64,000 nt of DNA from positions 12,311 through 76,310 of the forward strand of contig CAYTTY010000014.1 in the NCBI GenBank assembly GCA_964440935.1, read 5' to 3'. Origin of the DNA: an uncultured Ignavibacteria bacterium (GTDB lineage Bacteria; Zixibacteria; MSB-5A5; WJJR01). Positions 19,309 through 28,413 of this stretch are shown here, piece by piece (position 1 is the stretch's first letter; each line of letters begins with the position of its first letter). Below the pieces are notes generated by a model, which had not been told where the DNA came from, did not search any database, and was given only the letters and a program-made list of their open reading frames with translations. The translations under genes and the position numbers were made by a program.

Positions 19309-19967
19309 CGACGCAACCCGATCCACGACGCTGGGGGTTGTATGCGATCACCGATGAATCGTTGTCGCGCAGCCGGACACATGTCGAGATTGCCCAGGCG
19401 GTGATAGCGGGCGGGGCCGATGTGGTGCAGTTGCGCGACAAGACCACGTGGGGACGGCGTCTGTATGACACAGCGGGACGCATTCGTGAATTGACCACCG
19501 ACGCCGGGCGTGCATTTGTCATGAATGATCGTGTCGATATCGGGATGGCGGTCGCTGCCGATGGTGTGCATGTCGGTGTCGATGATCTGCCGGCGGAAGC
19601 GGCACGGCGGCTCATCGGGCCGGATCGCATTCTGGGGCTATCGGCGCGCAATCTGGACGAAGCGATACATGCCGAAGCGCAGGGCGCCGATTACATCGGC
19701 TTTGGTCCGATCTTCGAAGCGCGCAAAACGAAACCCGATACGGTCGATCCCACGGGGTTGGACGGATTGAAACAGGTGTGTGAGAGGGTGCAATGCCCTG
19801 TTATTGCGATTGGTGGGATTACGCTCGACAATGCTGCCGATGTGATTCGCGCAGGGGCCGATGGTGTGGCGGTAATATCGGCTATCGTAGCGGCCGATGA
19901 CATTGCGGCCACGACGCGCGAGTTCACAGAGCGGATTGCGCAGGCGAGGGAGAGTGTGGCGCGGTGA
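19305..19967 (+). CDS. thiE: Thiamine-phosphate synthase ThiE
   Basis: LYAITDE...VVQLRDK...VMNDRVDI...GVHVG...GFGPIF...IGGI motifs are present. The start overlaps the tenA stop (ATGA). Confidence 0.92.
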   Translation: MTTQPDPRRWGLYAITDESLSRSRTHVEIAQAVIAGGADVVQLRDKTTWGRRLYDTAGRIRELTTDAGRAFVMNDRVDIGMAVAADGVHVGVDDLPAEAARRLIGPDRILGLSARNLDEAIHAEAQGADYIGFGPIFEARKTKPDTVDPTGLDGLKQVCERVQCPVIAIGGITLDNAADVIRAGADGVAVISAIVAADDIAATTREFTERIAQARESVAR

Positions 19968-20992
19968 GCGAACGCGATCCGACAGTCGCCGAGATCGGCG
20001 AGTTTGGTTTGATCGATCGCATTCGGATGATTTGCGGGACCGAGACGTCGCCGGACATGCTGTTAGGCATCGGCGATGACACGGCGGTCATACGGCTCGA
20101 CGACCATCGCGCCATGGTTGCCACCTGCGATATTCAAGTCGAAGATGTTCATTTTCAATGGGAGACCATCACGCCGTATCAACTCGGCCGCCGCAGCATG
20201 GCGGTCAATCTGAGTGATATTGCGTCAATGGGGGCGGCGCCGTCGTATGCGTTGACATCGTTGGCGATGCCATCATCGCTGCCCGCCGCGCACTTCGATA
20301 AGATGTTTGCCGGCATGAACGATGAAGTGCGCGAGGTTGGGGCATATCTGGTCGGCGGCAATCTGGCGCGTTCGAGCGAACGGTTGGTCGTCGATGTGTT
20401 CATGTGGGGGATTGTCGATCCGGCGCAGATGCTGACCCGGTCCGGTGCGCAGGTCGGCGATATGGTGTATGTGACCGGAGCGCTGGGGTCGTCGACAGCC
20501 GGGCTCGATGTGCTGTTGCGGTATGGGCCGTCGTGTGCGGATGAGTATGCCGAAGTGGTGCGTGCGCATCTGGAGCCCCGCGCACGCGTGCGTGAAGGAC
20601 AAACCATTGCCGGGTCAGGCCTGGCCACGTCGATGATTGATGTCAGCGACGGGTTGGCGGCTGATATCGGCCACATTTGCGACAGCAGTCAGGTCGGTGT
20701 GGAAATCGACGAGGCACAAATCCCGTTTGACGCGGTGTTGTTCAAGATTGCACGCAACGCCGAGCGTGATCTGCGGGAATATACCCTTTATGGCGGCGAG
20801 GACTACGAACTGCTGTTTACCGTTCGTAGCACAGATGCAGAAGCGATGGAGCGCCTGGCGCAGGAGACGGGTTTTGCGTTGCGGCAAATCGGGCGTGTCG
20901 TCGCGGCGAGTGATGGACGCACACTGATTGACCCGCAGGGAACACGTCATGCGCTTGATCCAAAAGGATGGGATCATTTTCGAGTGGTGTGA
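19964..20992 (+). CDS. thiL: Thiamine-monophosphate kinase ThiL
   Basis: IGEFGLIDRI...LGIGDDTAVI...CDIQVEDVHF is the canonical ThiL N-terminus, followed by an AIRS_C domain. The GTG start overlaps the thiE stop. Confidence 0.9.
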   Translation: MSERDPTVAEIGEFGLIDRIRMICGTETSPDMLLGIGDDTAVIRLDDHRAMVATCDIQVEDVHFQWETITPYQLGRRSMAVNLSDIASMGAAPSYALTSLAMPSSLPAAHFDKMFAGMNDEVREVGAYLVGGNLARSSERLVVDVFMWGIVDPAQMLTRSGAQVGDMVYVTGALGSSTAGLDVLLRYGPSCADEYAEVVRAHLEPRARVREGQTIAGSGLATSMIDVSDGLAADIGHICDSSQVGVEIDEAQIPFDAVLFKIARNAERDLREYTLYGGEDYELLFTVRSTDAEAMERLAQETGFALRQIGRVVAASDGRTLIDPQGTRHALDPKGWDHFRVV

Positions 20993-21026
20993 GGAAATCG
21001 TAATATTCCCACGCACAACGCATGTG

Positions 21027-21228
21027 GGTGGCCCGGACCTTGGGGTGTGTTGAAAATGGTGATTCAATGCTGAGCACATGCAGTAGGGGCGTATTGAATA
21101 CGCCCTCTGTGCGTAATCGGTATGGGAACGGGGCGTACTCAGTACGCCCCTACAGATGATCGTTTTCTCGATGCGTGATGTGATCAGTTCCTGGACTTGT
21201 TCAACACACCTTAAGGTCCGGGGCACCC
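21027..21228. repeat. Family-B TIR element, copy B1, located inside the thi operon
   Basis: GGCCCGGACCTTGGGGTGTGTTGAAAA ... TTGTTCAACACACCTTAAGGTCCGGGGC form the inverted termini. The interior carries the hairpins GGGGCGTATTGAATACGCCC and GGGGCGTACTCAGTACGCCCC. Confidence 0.8.
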
Positions 21229-21277
21229 GACACCCGAAATGGCAATGACACGAGTTTGACGCAACAAAGGATGGATC

Positions 21278-22105
21278 ATGAATAGAGCACTCACGATTGC
21301 CGGGTCGGATTGCAGCGGGGGCGCCGGCATTCAGGCGGATTTGAAAACATTTATGGCGTTCGGCGTGTATGGCATGTCGGCGATTACATCGGTGGTGGCA
21401 GAAAACACGGTCGGTGTGCAACAAGTGCATGATCTGCCGGTTGATCTGATTGTCGAACAGATCAAGAGTTGTGTATCCGATATCGGTACCGATGCCGTGA
21501 AGATCGGCATGCTGTCGAATCCGGCGATTGTCGAGGCGGTGGCGGCGGCGATTGACGAGCACCAACTGCCGAATGTCGTGGTCGATCCGGTGATGGTTGC
21601 CAAGAGCGGCGATGCATTACTGAACGAAGAAGCGCGCACGACAATCACAGAGAAGCTGCTGCCGAAGGCGTTTGTCATCACGCCCAACAAGCACGAAGCG
21701 GAAACGCTGCTGGACCGCAAGCTGTGGACATTGGAAGACATGAAGATCGCGGCGAAGGAGTTGGCCGAGTTGGGTTGCCAATGGGTGGTGGTGAAGGGCG
21801 GACACATGACCGACGAATCACAGGCGATCGACGTCGTGTACGACGGCCAGTTCGTGCACACGCTGCCGGCGCCGTTTATCGATACCCAAAACACGCACGG
21901 TACCGGCTGCACGTTTTCCTCGGCGATCGCGGCGTCGCTGGCCAAAGGTGTTCCTCCGTTGGAAGCGATCGGACAGGCAAAGGGGTACATCACCCGCGCC
22001 ATCAAGGAAAGCGTCTCCCTGGGCAAGGGCCACGGCCCGACGAATCATCTGACCGGTGTGGAGAGTGAGTGGTTTGTCGTGCCGCAGGATGTGCGGAAAG
22101 GGTGA
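21278..22105 (+). CDS. thiD: Hydroxymethylpyrimidine/phosphomethylpyrimidine kinase ThiD
   Basis: LTIAGSDCSGGAGIQADLKTF...VKIGML...GTGCTFSSAIA is the canonical ThiD sequence. Confidence 0.95.
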   Translation: MNRALTIAGSDCSGGAGIQADLKTFMAFGVYGMSAITSVVAENTVGVQQVHDLPVDLIVEQIKSCVSDIGTDAVKIGMLSNPAIVEAVAAAIDEHQLPNVVVDPVMVAKSGDALLNEEARTTITEKLLPKAFVITPNKHEAETLLDRKLWTLEDMKIAAKELAELGCQWVVVKGGHMTDESQAIDVVYDGQFVHTLPAPFIDTQNTHGTGCTFSSAIAASLAKGVPPLEAIGQAKGYITRAIKESVSLGKGHGPTNHLTGVESEWFVVPQDVRKG

Positions 22106-22124
22106 TCGGTCGCTCTTGGGTTGC

Positions 22125-22262
22125 ACTGTAGGGGTGTATTGCATACGCCCCCTGTGCGTCACCGCAACCGAGAGAGGGCGTACTCAGAGCGCCGTTTGGA
22201 GGTAGTCTTGTCGATTTACAAGATGATGGTGTCTCAGATTTTTTCAACACACTCTCCAGCCA
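22125..22262. repeat. Partial family-B element (right half only)
   Basis: It contains GTAGGGGTGTATTGCATACGCCCCC and GGGCGTACTCAGAGCGCC hairpins and a single terminal TTTTTTCAACACAC. No matching left terminus is present. Confidence 0.6.
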
Positions 22263-22276
22263 GGTGATAGCGACTC

Positions 22277-22888
22277 TCAACACCCACCAAACCGTTTCGA
22301 CGGTTTACCACTCACTCGATCCGCCACACCAATATCAATCAACCGTTTCAACAGCACCGCCCCGCCGCACTGTTCCGACACCGCCACCTCCGAGAAGCGC
22401 CCATCGACAATGTATTTTCCACACGTGTAATGATTCGAGAAACTCCACAGGTACGGCGACAACACCTCGGGATGATGCACCCGATACCCGAAGCCATTGT
22501 ACATCTCCAATCGGTACAACGTCCCCGGCACCAACCAGTCGGTCCACTCGTACAGTCGCGCATACACCAACGCATCGAACGCGCTGTGCTCCCACACAAA
22601 CGGTGGGCGAAACTCTTCCGGACGGCCCGCCGGGTGATTCTGTGTCCGATTAGTCAATGGGTCGCCGTTGTGCAGGTGACGATCGAATCGCAGCGACGCT
22701 TCCAGGCTGTGGATGATCCCGGTTACATACCACGGCACACCCAATGGTTTCGACACGAGTTCATACCGCTTACGATTGCGTACAATCGCTGCCGCCACAC
22801 ACGCTACGTCATCCAGACGCTCCACGCGAATCACGCACGTCTCAAACAACCGCGCGTATTCATGCCGCAACGCTTTGGTCAATCGCAT
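22277..22888 (-). CDS. Lysozyme-family protein (COG5526-like)
   Basis: GVPWYVTGIIHSLEAS...HLHNGDPL..RT...PAGRP...YNGFGYR.HHPEVLSPYLWS.SNHY..GKY..DG matches the family as I recall it. The longer ORF start at 22948 runs into a repeat hairpin, so ATG 22888 is preferred. Confidence 0.5.
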   Translation of the reverse strand: MRLTKALRHEYARLFETCVIRVERLDDVACVAAAIVRNRKRYELVSKPLGVPWYVTGIIHSLEASLRFDRHLHNGDPLTNRTQNHPAGRPEEFRPPFVWEHSAFDALVYARLYEWTDWLVPGTLYRLEMYNGFGYRVHHPEVLSPYLWSFSNHYTCGKYIVDGRFSEVAVSEQCGGAVLLKRLIDIGVADRVSGKPSKRFGGC

Positions 22889-23011
22889 GTCGAGGAATCG
22901 AATTCGTGGCCCTGATGGGGCTTTATCCATCAGGGCCTGCATAACCACGTTGGAGTTGTTGAGATTGCTCGGTGTTGTACCACCCGATGGAAAGAGCGTA
23001 CCTGAACACAG

Positions 23012-23062
23012 AGTCCGCTTCAGCGGACTTCCCGCAGTTTAACACCTGGCTTCAGCCAGGTG
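23012..23062. repeat. Family-F two-hairpin unit, copy 2 (inverted)
   Basis: AGTCCGCTTCAGCGGACT...CACCTGGCTTCAGCCAGGTG, followed by an AACCGTTTCAACGGTT hairpin. Confidence 0.7.
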
Positions 23063-23140
23063 CCGAAGACACCATTATCCCCAAAACCGTTTCAACGGTT
23101 TCCCACTACTCACGCCGAGCTGGGGCTCGACGGTCTAATA

Positions 23141-24022
23141 CTAACCCAACACGGTCTTCGCCATCTCCCATCCCGCCGCCGTTGATCGCTTAATCGAATG
23201 TGACGAGAAATCCAGCGTGTCGCCCAATGGCTCTGCCGGTTCAATGACATGACACCGATAATACCGATACGGCCGCCCATCACGTTTCCGCAGAATCACT
23301 CCCACTTGTTCCGCCTGTCCAACCAGATTGTTGATCCGCAAGAACTCGCGCAGATCGGTCACGAAGATTTCATTAAGGGCAATGTCGAGCAGCGCACGAC
23401 GAGCGATGTCAATAATGTTGCGTGGCGGCTCATCGAGCGGCGATGGTTGTCGTGGACTGCAGTTGATGATTACGACGTCATCGGGATTGAAATCCAAGAC
23501 ATCAGCCAGCGGACTGATATTCCGTAAACCGCCGTCAACCATCTGTGGCCATTCGGGCGACACATCGAGCGGCGGCCACACAATCGGCATTGTGGCCGAC
23601 GCGATCACCGCGCGAATGAAGTCCGGATGTTCAGGGCTGAAAACCGCATATTCACCTGTCAACAACGACACAGCACCAACCCGAACATTGGCGGAGTACA
23701 CCGCCTCATACAGCTCATCGTGCACCAGACGCCGCAGCGGGGTGTTGTCATACACACCGCGCCGATGGCCCAAGAGCAGCTTCAGGGCGGTCCAGACATT
23801 CCATTTGCCGGTGTATACCTGATCGTTGGTGATCTGTTGCCAGATGTCATGCAGGCGCTGGTGCCGTCCGGCGCCGATCATCGCAGCATTCAACGCACCG
23901 ACTGACACACCGGCGATGACATCCCAACGGTGTCCGCAGGCGTCGCGCGCATACTGTTCGGCACCAACTTGAAACGCGCCCTTGGCGCCCCCGCCTGAAA
24001 GGACCAATGCAGTTCCGGGCAT
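23141..24022 (-). CDS. Patatin-like phospholipase
   Basis: LVLSGGGAKGAFQVG oxyanion motif, GVSVGALNA (GxSxG nucleophile) and a downstream DGG motif (MVDGGLRN). GGAGGA RBS precedes the start. Confidence 0.9.
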   Translation of the reverse strand: MPGTALVLSGGGAKGAFQVGAEQYARDACGHRWDVIAGVSVGALNAAMIGAGRHQRLHDIWQQITNDQVYTGKWNVWTALKLLLGHRRGVYDNTPLRRLVHDELYEAVYSANVRVGAVSLLTGEYAVFSPEHPDFIRAVIASATMPIVWPPLDVSPEWPQMVDGGLRNISPLADVLDFNPDDVVIINCSPRQPSPLDEPPRNIIDIARRALLDIALNEIFVTDLREFLRINNLVGQAEQVGVILRKRDGRPYRYYRCHVIEPAEPLGDTLDFSSHSIKRSTAAGWEMAKTVLG

Positions 24023-24169
24023 GATGGATATCCTCCATCATGCCCGGTGGTGAGCGTTTCACCCCCTTCTATGGGTTGAGGCGATTGGTTGATAGAAGGT
24101 TTGCGCTCCACAGGCCACTTGTGGTGAGCGGAGTCGAACTCTCAGGCCCGTAAAACTCTCACACTTTAG

Positions 24170-24345
24170 AGTGATTGTCAGAATTATTTTCCGTTTGGAT
24201 TTCTATACTCTGTCATCCCCGTCGGCCGTGGCGGACCGAGACAGTGTCGTAATTGCTTGTTTACGAAGACAATGGATTCCCGCTTTCGCGGGAATGACAG
24301 CGAATGTTACCTTGGCAATCGGAAATCTATTCTGACAACCGCTCT
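24170..24345. mobile_element. Family-A TIR element, copy A3, carrying a nested family-D element (24210-24300)
   Basis: Ends are GTGATTGTCAGAATTATTTTCCGTTTGG ... GGAAATCTATTCTGACAACCGCT. The interior is CTGTCATCCCCG...CGGGAATGACAG. The right terminus overlaps the last codons and the stop of the truncated OMP gene. Confidence 0.75.
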
Positions 24346-24677
24346 AAACGAGGAAGTGACAGGTTGTTATCGATCGGCATGGGCAACGCCAGCGCCTGAA
24401 TATCATTGGAGAATCCGGGATCAGAGGAGAACGCATGACGCAGTGAACGGGAGTTGTGTGTGTACGACATGTGCATGCCGTTAAACGCCCACAGTCCGAC
24501 TGTCCCCGGGCTGTACAACGCCGGCATCGAGGAGGTCGATGCCCCACCGGCGTGTCCCATTCCCCATACGCGTGCGGTGGGGGATGTTTCGGTCATCCAT
24601 TGAGTGACGGACTGGGCGAAAGAGGACTTTGCCAGGAAGAGCAGGAGCAACCCTGCGAGAATGGCCGTCTTGCGCAT
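24327..24677 (-). pseudogene. Truncated fourth copy of the outer-membrane paralog family (N-terminal 116 codons)
   Basis: The signal peptide, the SPTARVWGMGHAGGAS motif and ...NDIQALAL align with the 24743-25846 paralog. The reading frame then runs into repeat A3 (...ERLSE*). About 30 nt of the 5' leader is nearly identical to that of the next paralog. Confidence 0.7.
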
Positions 24678-24742
24678 GCAATCTCCAATCCGCTGCCGAA
24701 TTAAAAGTAGGTACCACGCGAAATCGGCTCAAGCAGAGCCAG

Positions 24743-25846
24743 TTATGGTTCATTGCTCCACAGACGCTGGATATTGCTCAACCCCACCGTCCACTCCTTC
24801 ACCGACCACCCACCTAAACCATTCGGTGCGGTGTCGGGATGGCGAAACTGGGCCGTCTCGTACCGCAGATCGATGTGGTTCAAAACGGTCGTTAGAAAAC
24901 TGGATGTGTGAATATCGAGCACCTGCCGCACCCATCTCTGGAAATTCCCGGCATCGATGGCGAACCCCGACGTTCCCCAATCTCCGGCCGGCTCGCAATA
25001 GTACGCATAATCTTCCTGACGGTCACCCCAACGGTAAGCGAAAGAGCCTGCCAGCAGCACTTCCCAACCGACGCGACGATGTTTGGCTACACTGCATCCA
25101 TACCGCGATATGCCCTCGTAATTATCAACAACATGCTCAACACTCAGCGCAGGCAGGGATTGCCAAAACACATCCACACGATACGACCAACCGGTGGCTT
25201 CTGATTCAATGTAGTGAAATGCCCCATACGTCACACTCGGCGACGCCACAATTCCAAATAGACTCGGCGGTTCATCGACAATTTCGTAGCGCTCCAGCAT
25301 ATGCATGAGCCGGGCGCGAATCGCTGCGCCTCCATTAGAGCGCGCAAACCTGAGACCAGAATCGAAATACCGTCCGTTATCACTCTCGGTATATCCAGCC
25401 CCCAGTTCCAACCCAATGTCCAAACCGATGCCGATCGTCCAATCCGAGTACTCATCGCCGACCAACGAGCCCTGACGATTCACAAATCCAACTGCGAAGA
25501 GCGGCATCACGCGCCTTAACTCTTCGGGCAGATGCAGTGACACAGCCTGAATGTCGTTGTGGTAACCATGCGTCTCATCTGCCCCGTCCCGGAGAGACTC
25601 CCAATTGTGTGTTTGGCTGATTCCGACCGTGTTGAACGCCCAGATGCCCACCGCGCCGCCATTGTGTAATGGCGGCAGCGATGATATGGTCGACGCCGTC
25701 CCCGAATGGCCCATTGCCCAAAAACGTGCGGTCGGTGACAGTCCGCCCATCCAGGTTATGGGGACGGGGACATTATCGGCAAAAACAGTCGAGGGGGTGG
25801 CGGCGCAGAGTAGTGCGACCCCGGCGAGAATTCTGACGATGCGCAT
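24743..25846 (-). CDS. Outer-membrane beta-barrel protein, paralog 1 (PorV/FadL-like N-terminal motif; uncharacterised family)
   Basis: Signal peptide, then WMGGLSPTARFWAMGHSGTAS. The conserved C-terminal block is LNHIDLRYETAQFRHPDTAPNGLGGWSVKEW. Confidence 0.65.
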   Translation of the reverse strand: MRIVRILAGVALLCAATPSTVFADNVPVPITWMGGLSPTARFWAMGHSGTASTISSLPPLHNGGAVGIWAFNTVGISQTHNWESLRDGADETHGYHNDIQAVSLHLPEELRRVMPLFAVGFVNRQGSLVGDEYSDWTIGIGLDIGLELGAGYTESDNGRYFDSGLRFARSNGGAAIRARLMHMLERYEIVDEPPSLFGIVASPSVTYGAFHYIESEATGWSYRVDVFWQSLPALSVEHVVDNYEGISRYGCSVAKHRRVGWEVLLAGSFAYRWGDRQEDYAYYCEPAGDWGTSGFAIDAGNFQRWVRQVLDIHTSSFLTTVLNHIDLRYETAQFRHPDTAPNGLGGWSVKEWTVGLSNIQRLWSNEP

Positions 25847-25924
25847 GCAGTCTCCAATCCGCTGCCGAATTGAATATACTGCTTATACACCGCCCTGCGG
25901 AGTGGGACGTGATGATTTTTCAAA

Positions 25925-27091
25925 TCAGAACCGCGTCACTCCGGTTAACCCCAGACGCCACTCCCGCACCGAAACCTGCCCCAAACCGGGCGGCGCGATG
26001 TCGGGATTCTGAAACGATGCTGTTTCATACCGTGCATCGAGACGGTTCAAAATCCATGTCAGCGCATCCGATGTTTTAAAGCCGAGCAGATGCCGCGCCC
26101 AACGCTGGGCATTGCCGATGTCGACCGCGTAGCCTTGAGTCGACCAGTCGGGCGTGATAACAGTGTTCCTGTCACTGTCAAAGAATGTGCCATACGGTGG
26201 CCGCGTCCGTCCATTCCCCAGCCGCATGGCCACAACACCCAACAGATCGACCTCCCAGCCTTCGCCTCGCTGCGAACCATCGCGATCCCGCGCATACTCC
26301 ACAGTGAGCAATTGAAGATCACGGTATGTGGAGACAAAACCAAAGGAGTACCCGTCTTTGTCTCGGTGGTGCTTCGTACTGCTTCCGTAGGCGGCGGTTA
26401 TGTCGAACTCGATATCACCAAACGTCGGCATGCGATCAATGAATCCCCACTCGTGGAGTGTGTGCAGCGTCCGCATTCGCACGAGGTAGCCCATCGTAGC
26501 AATCCGATCAGTCGATGGATACTCTCGCACAATGAAATCGTCATCCGATTTGTCGTACTCGTAGCGCGTATCAACATCATCGACAGTGAAGCCGAGACCA
26601 AAATCAATACCAACATTAAGCCCCAATCCGGCGCCATAAGTGTCGATCGACCGCGTACGCGTGACCAAATAGCGGTCGTCGAATATGTCGATTTCCGCAC
26701 TGGGTCCGACCCGGTACCGCCCGGAACTGTACAAAAACCCCATAGAGAGCCGTGGGGGACGATCCATGTTCGTCGGCAAATAGCTGGCACTGACTCCGTA
26801 GACGGAGTTTTCCAGATCGTAGCTGACACCTCCGCCGGGTCCGCCCCGTTCCCAATTGTGCATCGAATACGCCGTCCCCGACATCGCCCAGGTGCCGATG
26901 CTGCCGGGATTGCGCAGCGATGGTACACGATCGTCTGTAGCAATCGACGTAAAGCCCATCCCGAACGAGCGCGCCGTCGGGTTACCGTCGATCCACACAC
27001 TGGGAATGGTGAGGCGAAGGTCCTGTGCGACGGCTTGGCTTGCACTCAGTGCCACCACGGCCGCCAGTATGATACCCGCTCTCCAGTTCAT
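25925..27091 (-). CDS. Outer-membrane beta-barrel protein, paralog 2
   Basis: ATG 27091 gives the signal peptide MNWRAGIILAAVVALSASQAVA, followed by NPTARSFGMGFTSIA. The C-terminal block is LNRLDARYETASFQNPDIAPPGLGQVSVREW, and the terminal residue is F. The 530-aa ORF in the supplied track is an upstream artefact. Confidence 0.65.
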   Translation of the reverse strand: MNWRAGIILAAVVALSASQAVAQDLRLTIPSVWIDGNPTARSFGMGFTSIATDDRVPSLRNPGSIGTWAMSGTAYSMHNWERGGPGGGVSYDLENSVYGVSASYLPTNMDRPPRLSMGFLYSSGRYRVGPSAEIDIFDDRYLVTRTRSIDTYGAGLGLNVGIDFGLGFTVDDVDTRYEYDKSDDDFIVREYPSTDRIATMGYLVRMRTLHTLHEWGFIDRMPTFGDIEFDITAAYGSSTKHHRDKDGYSFGFVSTYRDLQLLTVEYARDRDGSQRGEGWEVDLLGVVAMRLGNGRTRPPYGTFFDSDRNTVITPDWSTQGYAVDIGNAQRWARHLLGFKTSDALTWILNRLDARYETASFQNPDIAPPGLGQVSVREWRLGLTGVTRF

Positions 27092-27158
27092 ACCACACCC
27101 CCGCGACTTGTCCTGCTTTACTGAGAATACAATTGCGGGGGATGTGTATTCCCTAGAA

Positions 27159-28307
27159 TCACCGTGAGATGTTATCCCACAACTCACGCAGGCCCGAAAT
27201 CTCGAACGACCATTCACGGACACCGAGTTGATTGAAGTACCAGCGTATCCCCTCGGGAGGATCAACGGGATTCCGAAAGTCCGCCCATTCGTAGCGGACG
27301 TGAACATTCCGGAGCATCCAACCGAGTACCGATGATTCGCCCGGCCCAATCCAGTGATGCAGCCATTGCTGAAGCCCTGAGGTGTAAATGGCATGCCCTT
27401 CAGTCGCCCAATCGGGTATTGGATACACTTGCTCAAAACTGAAATACTCTGTGAACGGCCACAGCCGCTTCCCTCTGCGGAACGCATATGTCCCCAGTAC
27501 ACACACCTCCCAGCCACGGCTTTCGTTGTCGGCTGTCGGGTTGATGATGTGCTCCGCCGACAGCACGGGGAGTGACTCCATGGTCATGTTAAATCCGTAT
27601 GCGTAGCCGGTCTGCTCACCCTTGCTCAGGTGGTCGCTGGCATACGACATTATTGGATCGACTTCCCAAGCCCCAAAGTCCAGTGGACGCGGATCGAGCT
27701 TGAGCAGATCCATGATGTGTTGAACGCTCAACCGCACGCTATATGCAGCGTACCAATCGCGCACAGACTGACGATAACCATCCTCCGTCGGCTCGTCCAA
27801 ATAGTTGAGACGCAACCCGAGACCGATCTCAGCACCCAGTTGGGCACCGAGCGCAATCACCCAGTCTGAGCCTTCGGTGTCCCATGTCCAACCGTGAACC
27901 TCGCCGGGATAGAAGACGGTGCTGCTCTGTCCGCGTCGACGCAAAAGGCCAAGTGCCGCGGGGACAGGACTCCCGATACCAAGGTCGGCAGCGCTAACAC
28001 CGACGGCAAACATCGTATTCGAAATCTGATATCGTATCTCATCACGATACCGATCTGACTGATCATCCCAGGCGTGCATTCGATAGATGTTCGAGTTCAA
28101 CGCCCACAGTCCGACGCTTCCCGGGCCGAGCGGACTGGGAACGTCATGGATCGACGCCACATCGCTGAACGCCATACCAAAAGAACGTGCTGTCGGCGAT
28201 GACTCTCGCATCCAAAGCAGTGGATTGGCTTCATACGGTCCTATCGCATTCGCCGGCGCGGCCAGACCAATGACTACGAGCAAGAGAATGCCGATCGATG
28301 TCCGCAT
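27159..28307 (-). CDS. Outer-membrane beta-barrel protein, paralog 3
   Basis: ATG 28307 follows a GGGAGGTGG RBS. The signal peptide is MRTSIGILLLVVIGLAAPANA, followed by SPTARSFGMAFSDVAS. The C-terminal block is LRNVHVRYEWADFRNPVDPPEG...VREW. Confidence 0.65.
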   Translation of the reverse strand: MRTSIGILLLVVIGLAAPANAIGPYEANPLLWMRESSPTARSFGMAFSDVASIHDVPSPLGPGSVGLWALNSNIYRMHAWDDQSDRYRDEIRYQISNTMFAVGVSAADLGIGSPVPAALGLLRRRGQSSTVFYPGEVHGWTWDTEGSDWVIALGAQLGAEIGLGLRLNYLDEPTEDGYRQSVRDWYAAYSVRLSVQHIMDLLKLDPRPLDFGAWEVDPIMSYASDHLSKGEQTGYAYGFNMTMESLPVLSAEHIINPTADNESRGWEVCVLGTYAFRRGKRLWPFTEYFSFEQVYPIPDWATEGHAIYTSGLQQWLHHWIGPGESSVLGWMLRNVHVRYEWADFRNPVDPPEGIRWYFNQLGVREWSFEISGLRELWDNISR

Positions 28308-28413
28308 GCCACCTCCCAGAATATTAAATGATTCATCCCAATTACCGCTCAGATGCCTCGCTATTCCCCCACATTCCCATTGCACAATTGAAATCAATAC
28401 TAATCTTATCCTT

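Noticed and set aside
20615-21565. 316-aa minus-strand ORF spanning the thiL 3' end, repeat B1 and the thiD 5' end
   Set aside because: It overlaps two confidently identified plus-strand genes and a palindromic repeat, and has no recognisable domain.
24095-24150. tRNA-like 3' fragment on the minus strand (GAGTTCGACTCCGCTCACCA)
   Set aside because: The T-stem halves flanking the TTCGACT loop (GAGAG/CCGCT) are not complementary. No D-arm or anticodon arm can be built, so at best it is a degenerate remnant.
26090-27124. 344-aa plus-strand ORF
   Set aside because: It is antisense to outer-membrane paralog 2, is Arg/Pro/His-rich and is a shadow ORF. The same reasoning applies to 805-1704(-), 5335-6144(-), 28594-29283(-), 28611-29444(+) and 60207-60845(+).
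27092-27517. N-terminal extension of the 530-aa ORF (25925-27517) and of ORFs 27159-28535 and 28087-29751
   Set aside because: The extensions overlap the neighbouring gene or its antisense strand and lack signal peptides. Internal ATGs at 27091, 28307 and 28414 give proper signal peptides/N-termini, and 28307 has a clear RBS.
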